A DNA stretch of 19,027 bases from an archaeon (GCA_043815885.1 JBDRIL010000049.1:1-19027), one strand, 5' to 3'. Shown: positions 7,641 through 15,231, numbered from the stretch's first letter. Numbers and translations are program-made. The notes: generated by a model from the sequence alone, not told the origin.

Positions 7641-9205
7641 CTTATCAATTCTTTTTCTTTTTTGGAATATTCTTGAATTTTCTTAAGGATGTTTTCAAAT
7701 TCAGGCTTTATTAATTCTTCACGTAATTCATTTTCTTTCATTAGTTTTAATAATTGTTTGAAGAACTGCAAGCCGGTATAGTTTATTTCATTCATTCTTT
7801 TTGCCCATTCTTTATCTAATTTTGTTGATTGCTCTTCCAAACCAGCTTTTTTGAGATTCCTTATCCCTGCTTTTAGCTGGGACAATAATGCAGGCAACTC
7901 TCTGAATTCTTGAAACGCTTTTAAGGTCAAGCAGAGCAGTATTTCTGTTTTTGCATCAGCTATTTCGTACTCAATTGCGTCATCTAAAATCTTTTTTATT
8001 TTTGTGTGGGGCTTTTTGTAAATCCTTTCTCCTGAAAGCATTTGTTTTCCTATTGGCGTAAACTTGTAGGCTGTCAGAAAGCTTACTATTCCATATAGAG
8101 AATATTGTTTTATTTCTTCCAAGAACTGAATGTTCGCTTCTATTTCTTCTAAAGTGCTCCAAGGATGGAACATTATAAATCCTGGGTCAACGCTAATCTT
8201 GGCCTCATTGCACAACTGAATGGCCTTTTTTGTTTGTTCTACCGAGATATTTTTGTTAAAGATTTTTTGAAGCGTGAAATTGCTTCCGGCTTCAGCTCCA
8301 ATAAAGATAGACCTGATTCCGCTTTCTTTGAGTAGTTTTAACAATTGCTTGTTTACATCATTTGCTCTAAGGTATATGTCAAATTCCAAACCAATTTTTT
8401 TGAGCCCCTTACATAGTTTTTTTGTTCTCTGTAAACCCTGCTTGCCAGGCATTACAAAATTGTCATCAACAAACCAGATATCACTTAACGAAGGAAACTG
8501 TTCTTTCAACCCTTCTATTTCTTCCAAGACACTTTCTGCACTTCGATATCTAAAATTTGGCCCAGGTGGGTCGTTGTAAAACTGGCTTATTGTACAGTAA
8601 GAACATCTGTTATAGCAGCCCCTGCTTGAGGAAATTACTGGCAGGCCTCCTTTTTCGATTATGTTGGATAGAGTATCTCTTGCCGGGAAAGGCATTCCAT
8701 CCAAATCATGTATTAGCGGTCTTATAGGATTTTGTTTAATCTTACTTCCTTGTTTGAATGCAAGGCCCCTAATCTTCTCAATGTCTTTGCTATTTTCCAA
8801 AGCTTCTGCCAATTCTACAATTGTTTCTTCGCCTTCATAGCAAATAACAGAATCAAAACGCTCTTCGAGAGAAAGAAGGTCTTTGAACAGAAAGGTTGCG
8901 TATTGCCCTCCAATTGTAAAATGGGCTTTACTACCCTTGTTTTTTAACTCTTGGATGACTTCGAGGATTGAAAAAATTTGAGGTTTTGCTATGGCAGTAA
9001 AAGCAATTAAGTCATCATTCCTTTCCAGCTTCCTAATTGTTTCCTCTCTACTCAAGCCACTGGCTTCTTCATCAATAATTTCTGCCTGAAAACTATTTTT
9101 TCTTAGATAGCGGGCCAAGTAACCAAGCGCTAAGCTTTCTACTATTGGAAAGTATAGCACATCACTGGTTCTTGCATCTTGCAATCTTGTTAGTTGAATT
9201 TTCAT
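7583..9205 (-). CDS. Cobalamin-binding radical SAM protein (class B methylase-like)
   Basis: B12-binding domain (LALGYLARYL...EIID, TIGGQYAT, YEGEET), SRGCYNRCSYC (CxxxCxxC), FVDDNF and IFIGAEAG; AGGAG RBS. Convergent 58-nt overlap with terL. Confidence 0.9.
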   Translation of the reverse strand: MKIQLTRLQDARTSDVLYFPIVESLALGYLARYLRKNSFQAEIIDEEASGLSREETIRKLERNDDLIAFTAIAKPQIFSILEVIQELKNKGSKAHFTIGGQYATFLFKDLLSLEERFDSVICYEGEETIVELAEALENSKDIEKIRGLAFKQGSKIKQNPIRPLIHDLDGMPFPARDTLSNIIEKGGLPVISSSRGCYNRCSYCTISQFYNDPPGPNFRYRSAESVLEEIEGLKEQFPSLSDIWFVDDNFVMPGKQGLQRTKKLCKGLKKIGLEFDIYLRANDVNKQLLKLLKESGIRSIFIGAEAGSNFTLQKIFNKNISVEQTKKAIQLCNEAKISVDPGFIMFHPWSTLEEIEANIQFLEEIKQYSLYGIVSFLTAYKFTPIGKQMLSGERIYKKPHTKIKKILDDAIEYEIADAKTEILLCLTLKAFQEFRELPALLSQLKAGIRNLKKAGLEEQSTKLDKEWAKRMNEINYTGLQFFKQLLKLMKENELREELIKPEFENILKKIQEYSKKEKELISHQIGSSQLSPELLAAQTA

Positions 9206-9233
9206 GCCGTTCTCCTAAACAGAACAAGAAAAA

Positions 9234-9338
9234 TTATTCTCTGACGGAGAACCTGCAATGGTCTGAAGCAGATGCATGTCTCTTTTCAGTGTCGCATTCC
9301 AATCTCTCTTTTATAAGTAATTCAAACCATTCTTGCAT
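9234..9338 (-). CDS. Putative 34-aa peptide upstream of the B12-radical SAM gene
   Basis: Not in the ORF track. ATG 9338 to TAA 9234: MQEWFELLIKERLECDTEKRHASASDHCRFSVRE*. Weak GTGAT RBS; stop is 28 nt before the rSAM start. Confidence 0.4.
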   Translation of the reverse strand: MQEWFELLIKERLECDTEKRHASASDHCRFSVRE

Positions 9339-9442
9339 ATTTTATCACATAAGTATAGCAGCAGACCGATTAATTAAGCGTTTTTAGTCATTTTTGTTAA
9401 AAAAGTAAAAATTTATAATAACTTTTTTACAAATGTTAAGTT

Positions 9443-10396
9443 ATGGACTTAAAAGACAAGAGGATTCTGGCTGAATTAGATAAAAATGCGAGGCAGTCCA
9501 TTTCGGAAATTGCTAAGACAATAAAGCTTTCAAAGCAATCGGTAAAAAACAGAATTGACAAGCTTGAGAAGGAGAAAATAATCAAGGGCTATTACGCAAT
9601 AATTGATATGTTCAAACTCGACAGAGTTGCCGGCAGAGCATGGATAAAATTGCTGGGTGCTTCTGTTGATAAACAACAAGAGATAATCGATTTTGCATTG
9701 AAAATGCGGAACGTTGGATGGGTTGTAACACTAGATGGGTCTTACGATTTAGTGGTTATATTTTGGGCAAAGGATTTAATTGAGTTCTACAGTAGCCTCA
9801 AAGAACTTGAATTTAATTACGTAAACTACTTCAAAAGAATAGATATTTCATTTATTGTAAGGGAGCACCATCTTTCACATCGCTATTTGTTGGATGACGT
9901 GGGTCTGACTGAGTGGTTGACCTCAGTCAAATACCAAGAATCACAATTGGATGAAACCGACAAGAAAATATTGAATGAGTTAGCGGAGAATGCAAGAATT
10001 CCTTTAATTGAGCTATCCAAGAAACTAGAGATTTCGGATAAGGTTATAAGGTATAGAATAAAAAACCTCGAACAAAAGAAGATACTACTGGGTTACAGGG
10101 CCAATATAAATAATGTTAAGTTAGGCTACGATTGGTACAAGGTGTTTCTGTCCCTGCAAAACCTTAGTGCTGCAAAACAGAAAGAGTTGATGAACTACCT
10201 CAAAGGAAACAAAAACGTTATCTTCGTAACAGAAGTGATTGGCAAGGCTGACTTGGAATTCGAAGCCATGCTACAAACAAACAAGGATTTCCATGAACTG
10301 ATGCAAGAGCTTAGGCTCAAATTTGCAGACATAATAAGAGACTATGAATCGGTAATAGTTTATAATGTTCACAGGCTATATTATTTCCCAAGCTAA
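9443..10396 (+). CDS. Tandem (double) Lrp/AsnC family transcriptional regulator
   Basis: Two Lrp HTH+RAM units (MDLKDKRILAELDKNARQSISEIAK...; LDETDKKILNELAENARIPLIELSK...); divergent from the rSAM gene. Confidence 0.9.
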   Translation: MDLKDKRILAELDKNARQSISEIAKTIKLSKQSVKNRIDKLEKEKIIKGYYAIIDMFKLDRVAGRAWIKLLGASVDKQQEIIDFALKMRNVGWVVTLDGSYDLVVIFWAKDLIEFYSSLKELEFNYVNYFKRIDISFIVREHHLSHRYLLDDVGLTEWLTSVKYQESQLDETDKKILNELAENARIPLIELSKKLEISDKVIRYRIKNLEQKKILLGYRANINNVKLGYDWYKVFLSLQNLSAAKQKELMNYLKGNKNVIFVTEVIGKADLEFEAMLQTNKDFHELMQELRLKFADIIRDYESVIVYNVHRLYYFPS

Positions 10397-10408
10397 GAGC
10401 GGATTGTA

Positions 10409-10756
10409 ATGCAAGATTTCAAGCAACTAAATGTTTGGCAAAGAGCGCATCAATTTACTTTGGACGTTTATAAAGAAACAGCTCAATTTCCTGCAAATGA
10501 AAAATATGGAATTACTTCGCAGCTTCGAAGGGCTTCCTCTTCAATTGCTGCGAATATTGCCGAGGGAACCGGTAGGCAGACAAACAAAGGATTTCTGAGT
10601 TTCCTGTATATCTCAATGGGCTCGGTCAAAGAGTGCGAATCCTTTCTGGTATTGGCAAAGGACTTAAAATACTTAAAGAATGAGCGATTGTTTTCAGACC
10701 TTGAAAGCATTGCCAAGATGTTGAACAGGCTGATTAAAAGTATCCAGTATAAGTAG
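10409..10756 (+). CDS. Four-helix-bundle protein (23S rRNA IVS protein-like family)
   Basis: FKQLNVWQRAH...FPANEKYGITSQLRRASSSIAANIAEG...F..FLYISMGS.KE signature. Confidence 0.9.
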   Translation: MQDFKQLNVWQRAHQFTLDVYKETAQFPANEKYGITSQLRRASSSIAANIAEGTGRQTNKGFLSFLYISMGSVKECESFLVLAKDLKYLKNERLFSDLESIAKMLNRLIKSIQYK

Positions 10757-10759
10757 CCA

Positions 10760-11737
10760 TCAACAGAAACATATCCTGATTTTGAATATCAGGAATAGAA
10801 CCGCAAGTAGAATTAGGAGTAAGAGGGCGGTTAAGAAGTATTTGTCTTCAATTATTTGTTTCCAAACCTTGTTTAGAAAATCATATTTTTTTATTATCAA
10901 CTCATAGGCTGCAAAGTAAACGAATAAGGCTGAAATCAGCGCAGTGGCAAGTTTTAAAAAATCAAATGCACTTTGTTGTGTTTGTGCTTCCGTCATTGTT
11001 TTGTTTTGCACTTGTACCCTGAACTCATCTTTGTTAATGTAGTGGTCTTTGGATGTGTTTGAGCTGTAATCTTGGTCTATTCTTCGGTCATTTCTGTCGA
11101 GGTATTCTGAGCCATATGTAAATACAAGGATTTTCCATTCTCCAATCTCGTCTGGTGTGAAAGAAAACTTTATCTCATGTTCCTGGTCTGTCCAGTAAAT
11201 GCTTCCCCCTTGTTGGAAGACATATTTTCCTTTTCCCTCTAAAAGTGTTTGTCTAGGCAGATAAAATTTATTATTGGTAATTTCAATTTCAAGGGCGTCA
11301 GAGTAATAGTTACTATAATGGTCTTTGGTATACCATGCTTCTAATTTTTCGTTGAGCTTTATTCGACTTTCTTTTAGTTTTGGAAAGGTAAATCTAAGCT
11401 CGCCTTTTGGGTTTAGAACAAGGATGTGAAATGAATGTCCCTTTATAGGCAGTATGCCTGTGTCTTCTACCTTAATCCCAAAACTCATTTCTTGGTTAAC
11501 AGTGGCCTCTCTTTTGCTGTCAAACGATGTTTCGGAATTGTAGTTTGGAACATATGCGTAACCCCTTTCGTATTCGCCTATTTTTTCTTGGTTCAAACCA
11601 CCTGCGGTGTAAAGGGGAATTTTCAACTCGGGTGCTTCCGTTTGTGGTAGGCTGATAGTGTCTGCATAATAGTAGATAAAGACAATCAACGCCAGAAAAA
11701 AGGCTATGCACAATGCAATTTTTTTCTTCTTTTCCAT
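10760..11737 (-). CDS. Membrane-anchored protein with a large beta-rich extracytoplasmic domain
   Basis: N-terminal signal/TM segment, Ig-like beta pattern (FSFTPDEIGEWKILV) and two C-terminal TM segments. Confidence 0.7.
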   Translation of the reverse strand: MEKKKKIALCIAFFLALIVFIYYYADTISLPQTEAPELKIPLYTAGGLNQEKIGEYERGYAYVPNYNSETSFDSKREATVNQEMSFGIKVEDTGILPIKGHSFHILVLNPKGELRFTFPKLKESRIKLNEKLEAWYTKDHYSNYYSDALEIEITNNKFYLPRQTLLEGKGKYVFQQGGSIYWTDQEHEIKFSFTPDEIGEWKILVFTYGSEYLDRNDRRIDQDYSSNTSKDHYINKDEFRVQVQNKTMTEAQTQQSAFDFLKLATALISALFVYFAAYELIIKKYDFLNKVWKQIIEDKYFLTALLLLILLAVLFLIFKIRICFC

Positions 11738-11792
11738 AGTAAACCCTTTTCCCTAAAACTTTATAAAAAGGCTTTCATAGCGAGTATTCTTT

Positions 11793-12521
11793 ATGGCTAA
11801 GAAAAATGACCTTTATTTTTACTTGGATGATTCAGGCCAGCCCGGATTTGGAAGAGGCCTGCGTTGGCATGTGGTTGGAACCGTTTACACTGCTGACCCA
11901 ACAAAAGTTTCGAAAGCTTACAATATAGCAAAGAATAAGTTGATGCAAATAAATCCCAAATGGAAAAACTTTGAACTGAAAGGTGTTGAAATGGACACAG
12001 AGGAACGAACAATCGTTCTAGTAACATTGAAAGAGAGTGGTCTGAGTTGCTACGCTGGAAAGTGCGATACATCTGTGGCTCCAACCCGAGTAGTAAAGAA
12101 CAGAGACGCTACCTTCACGGATACGAAAAGAATTGTTGATTCTGCTGCTGGTGCAGAAGCTCGCCATTTCGCTTTTCTTGTTTGGGGCATAATCAATCCA
12201 ATCAAAAACTCTTTATCAAAAGTTGTGCTTTACTATGATGGCAAGAAATTTCGTGAATGTAAGGAACTGAAAGAAGAGCTAGCAACCCACCTTGAACGGC
12301 AGCTTGGTAGCATTCCTTTTGAAATACACGCTCCAGATTCTGAGGACTGTGAAGGTATTCAACTTGCTGACGTTCTTGCTAATTCTTATTACAAGCACGC
12401 AAAGAAGCCAGACTCGACCTTTAAGACAGTTAAAGACTACGTTAAGCAAGGCGAGATGAGTTTCAATAGCTTTTTTCCAAAATTTTCTCCAAAAAACTTT
12501 TTAGCTCTTCTGCTTTCTTGA
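11793..12521 (+). CDS. DUF3800 family protein (predicted RNase H-like fold)
   Basis: N-terminal YFYLDDSG, ELKG, and C-terminal DSEDCEGIQLADVLAN, the DUF3800 D(E/D)SG ... IQxAD signature. Confidence 0.8.
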   Translation: MAKKNDLYFYLDDSGQPGFGRGLRWHVVGTVYTADPTKVSKAYNIAKNKLMQINPKWKNFELKGVEMDTEERTIVLVTLKESGLSCYAGKCDTSVAPTRVVKNRDATFTDTKRIVDSAAGAEARHFAFLVWGIINPIKNSLSKVVLYYDGKKFRECKELKEELATHLERQLGSIPFEIHAPDSEDCEGIQLADVLANSYYKHAKKPDSTFKTVKDYVKQGEMSFNSFFPKFSPKNFLALLLS

Positions 12522-13443
12522 GAACTTGTTTCCTTTTCTCGAGAAGTTGTTTTGTTTCTTTTTCTTTTGCTAAAGCCCCTAATGCATTGGTTGCTATTTC
12601 TTTGCGCTTTTCCAACAATTGCTTTTCAGAAATCTTTGCCAACCGTAATTTTCCAGGCAATCCTTCATCTAATCTTTTTACAACCTTCTCCTTGGCTTCA
12701 TTTGAGTTTAATTCAAGCGCTTGAATTAATTCATAGCTCCAGTTATTACATAGCCTGTCAATAGCTGGCTCAATTGCTGTAGCATACATCCCAAGTGTTA
12801 TTTGGGAATCTACTTCATCCAACAAAGAATACATTATCGACTTAAACACTGTTTTGGATTTTTTTATGAATGCCAAATATCTTTCATTGTTTTCTTCCAC
12901 TAATGAATAATATGCCTCAATCTTTGGTCGCTCCCTTGTTTTCAAATACAAATTCTTTTTCTCTCGCACTGTGTTAAAAGTGTGTTTGCTAACTATTGTA
13001 ACAATACCTTTGCTAAAACATCCAATGTGTTCTTCAACATCGTTGAGAAGAGGTGTAAGAATTTCTTCTTCAATCAAATCTTTCCTGCTCTTCTCTCCTT
13101 GTATAATAGTTTGTGTTAAGTAGTCTCTTCCTTGCTGGCTTGCCATCGTTGGGTCTCTAGCCCCGTCTGCTGATAATCTGGCATCTTGTTTTGCAGCCCA
13201 CTCACTATTAAGCATTCTTGGAATTGCAGAGAATATTTTTTCCCAACTAAAATCGTAAATCCATTTAACAAAGACAATTATTCCGGCTGGTATTCCCACT
13301 GGCAAGGTATATCCTATCCAACCAAATATTGTTCCAAAAAGTGAAGAGAACATGGCCATGAAGGCTATTAAAATCAAAGCACCCATAATAGCCTCGAATC
13401 TGTGACCTATCCAACTTATCGCTTTGCGAATTTTTTCTTTCAC
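12463..13443 (-). CDS. Hypothetical protein with N-terminal TM pair and helical cytoplasmic domain
   Basis: 326-aa ORF, GTG start with GAGG RBS; convergent overlap with DUF3800. Confidence 0.7.
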   Translation of the reverse strand: MKEKIRKAISWIGHRFEAIMGALILIAFMAMFSSLFGTIFGWIGYTLPVGIPAGIIVFVKWIYDFSWEKIFSAIPRMLNSEWAAKQDARLSADGARDPTMASQQGRDYLTQTIIQGEKSRKDLIEEEILTPLLNDVEEHIGCFSKGIVTIVSKHTFNTVREKKNLYLKTRERPKIEAYYSLVEENNERYLAFIKKSKTVFKSIMYSLLDEVDSQITLGMYATAIEPAIDRLCNNWSYELIQALELNSNEAKEKVVKRLDEGLPGKLRLAKISEKQLLEKRKEIATNALGALAKEKETKQLLEKRKQVLKKAEELKSFLEKILEKSY

Positions 13444-13461
13444 AACAATCGCCTCTCTAGG

Positions 13462-13809
13462 TCATCCTCTCGGCAACAGTGCTTGCGCTACATTAGCATC
13501 CATAACCGCCTGAAAGGTTCCTTGAGCATATGGCCATAACGCAGACCCCATTATAAAAAAAGCAAGTGCGATACACCCAAGCCCTATCAATAAGGAAATA
13601 ATTCCCCATAACACGAACTTCTCTTCTTTTGTTGCAAAGCCTAATATAAAAAGCACAGCGGATGCAATTAAAGCCAAGGGACCAACTATCAATAGTATTT
13701 GGGTTAGCACAAAAATAGCAAGCAGAATAATGATGACAACGACAGCTGCCAATAAAAGCAAGCCTCTGGCTTCATCCTCTCTCTGGGTTGAGTAATAACC
13801 TCCTTTCAT
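13462..13809 (-). CDS. Small multi-TM membrane protein
   Basis: About three TM helices. GAGGAG RBS precedes ATG 13809 (MKGGYY), preferred over the track start at 13839. Confidence 0.65.
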   Translation of the reverse strand: MKGGYYSTQREDEARGLLLLAAVVVIIILLAIFVLTQILLIVGPLALIASAVLFILGFATKEEKFVLWGIISLLIGLGCIALAFFIMGSALWPYAQGTFQAVMDANVAQALLPRG

Positions 13810-13860
13810 CAACGACTCCTCAAGAAACTCTGTTTGCAAAATGTTTAAAAAATGGGCAAA

Positions 13861-14727
13861 TTAAGGAGTTATTTCATATATTTTCCTTATCGCATCATCC
13901 ACGTCTCTTCCACTCAAGTGCACATACCTTGCGGCCATGTCAGAGCTTTGTGTCCAGCCAAAGAACTGTTTCAACTGTGCTTCAGTAAGATGCTTTGCAA
14001 GGTGCGTTGCTCTGCTGTGCCGGAACATGTGCGGATTGTAGCGCTTGTTCACGCCAGCCTTCTGAAAGGAATTACGCAGGACTTTCTTCACACTGCTGTA
14101 ACACAGCTCCCGGTAAGTATCCCGTTCTCCCTGCTTTCTGAAGTCTCCCTTCCTTTCGTTCATCTTAATCCAGACAAGAGAATCGGGATTATTCTTCAAT
14201 GGATGCCTTTCAAGCCACTTCTTCAATAAGGTAGCACTCCTTACAATTGGAATCCTTCTCTGGCCTGTTTTGCCGCTAACTTGAATTGAAGAAATGTCTT
14301 CTCCAAAGGTTACATTCTTTATTCGCAATGTCAGCATTTCGCCAATGCGAGCACCGCTTTCATAGAGAACATAAATGAAAGCTTTATTTCTAACAAACTT
14401 TGCTGCCTCAACAAGCCTCAGAACTTCTTCCTCTGTAATCAATTCCTCAGGGAGAATGCCATTCTTGGGCTCAGTGTTCTTAATCCAGCTCACAATGCGT
14501 GGATAGTATTCATCCTCTCCCAGCAACCATTTGTAGAACCGCTTCAGAATTATCCTGTAATCAGCTTTTGTCCAAGCAGAATAATCTCTTTGTTCCAGGG
14601 AGCAAAGCAGTGCTTCTATATCCTCCTTGGTTGCTTCACTGAAAGATTGTCCAAGAATTCGTGCGATATCTCTGAGCATGTACACTGTTTTCTTTAATCT
14701 GATTGCTTTTATTCCTTGTGCCCTCAT
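13861..14727 (-). CDS. int: Tyrosine recombinase/integrase (catalytic intC portion)
   Basis: ESGARIGE (R), SGKTG (K), HMFRHSRATH (HxxR), FFGW and ARYVH (Y). The frame stays open upstream to 14844 with integrase-like sequence (RLQSALQAL...ENKQTIIKYINS) but no ATG/GTG/TTG start. Confidence 0.93.
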   Translation of the reverse strand: MRAQGIKAIRLKKTVYMLRDIARILGQSFSEATKEDIEALLCSLEQRDYSAWTKADYRIILKRFYKWLLGEDEYYPRIVSWIKNTEPKNGILPEELITEEEVLRLVEAAKFVRNKAFIYVLYESGARIGEMLTLRIKNVTFGEDISSIQVSGKTGQRRIPIVRSATLLKKWLERHPLKNNPDSLVWIKMNERKGDFRKQGERDTYRELCYSSVKKVLRNSFQKAGVNKRYNPHMFRHSRATHLAKHLTEAQLKQFFGWTQSSDMAARYVHLSGRDVDDAIRKIYEITP

Positions 14728-14876
14728 TGAATTAATGTATTTGATTATGGTTTGTTTGTTTTCAAGTAGTATGTCGGTGATGGTTAGTGCCTGTAAGGCT
14801 GATTGCAGCCTTTCTCTGAAGAATAGATATCGTAGTGTTTTCCACTACTAACTACTGAACTACTAACCACCAAACC

Positions 14877-14902
14877 GGTGTAATCCCGCCTCCCGGATTT
14901 GC
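14877..14902. repeat. att site (tRNA-proximal copy), overlapping the tRNA-Tyr T-arm and acceptor 3' strand
   Basis: Exact 26-bp match to 3521..3546. Confidence 0.95.
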
Positions 14903-15119
14903 ACCGGGGACCTTCCGGTAGCTGCAAAAAACCGCAAACCGCCACTGTCGGTTTACGCCAGTGTACTACTTTCAGTAGTACATACTTCTCACTACTACCT
15001 CGCTTAAAGGCGCGGTAGTAGGATTTCGACTTCGTCGAAACAAAAAAATGCTTCCGTAACAGCTTTTGCTGTCGTTTTTTCATCTACAGCCGGACGCACT
15101 ACTACTATGCAAAGGCGGG
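14884..15119 (-). tRNA. tRNA-Tyr(GTA) with a 164-nt intron at the canonical 37/38 position (exons 15119-15084 and 14919-14884)
   Basis: Acceptor stem CCCGCCT/AGGCGGG+A73 (archaeal C1-G72 Tyr identity), D arm GCAT/GTGC, anticodon arm TCCGG-CT GTA G|A-CCGGA, T arm CCCGG-TGCAAAT-CCGGG. BHB-like core: CUGU pairs with intron GCAG, with bulges AG|A and CU|A. CCA not encoded. Confidence 0.93.
14936..14971. repeat. 36-bp exact repeat, copy 1 (inside the tRNA intron)
   Basis: AAACCGCCACTGTCGGTTTACGCCAGTGTACTACTT is identical to 15129..15164. Confidence 0.9.
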
Positions 15120-15128
15120 AAACTGCAA

Positions 15129-15164
15129 AAACCGCCACTGTCGGTTTACGCCAGTGTACTACTT
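15129..15164. repeat. 36-bp exact repeat, copy 2 (in the tRNA 5' leader)
   Basis: Identical to 14936..14971. Both copies also have CTGCAAAAA to the left and TCAGTAGTAC to the right. Confidence 0.9.
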
Positions 15165-15214
15165 CCCTTTGGTCAGTAGTACTTGCCTCGCAGAAATAAT
15201 TAGTGGGGTAAGTT

Positions 15215-15231
15215 GTTTTAAATACTTTTTT
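15215..15231 (-). promoter_or_regulatory. Probable BRE/TATA promoter of the tRNA-Tyr gene
   Basis: Minus strand reads AAAAAGTATTTAAAAC, implying a start near 15190 and a ~70-nt leader. Confidence 0.45.

Larger units (their letters stand above)
3521..14902. mobile_element. ~11.4 kb integrated element (defective provirus or satellite-like) in tRNA-Tyr
   Basis: 26-bp att direct repeats, tyrosine integrase next to the tRNA, terminase large subunit and a divergent regulator switch. Confidence 0.9.

Noticed and set aside
10409..10756. Four-helix-bundle protein as the Avd of a diversity-generating retroelement
   Set aside because: No reverse transcriptase and no TR/VR pair differing at adenines seen in the window; the sequence fits the generic IVS-protein family.
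3521..14902. Complete autonomous provirus
   Set aside because: No portal, capsid, tail or replication enzymes recognisable within the att boundaries.
14936..15164. 36-bp repeat pair as a mini CRISPR array
   Set aside because: Only two copies, 157 nt apart, with tRNA exon 1 in between; no cas genes.
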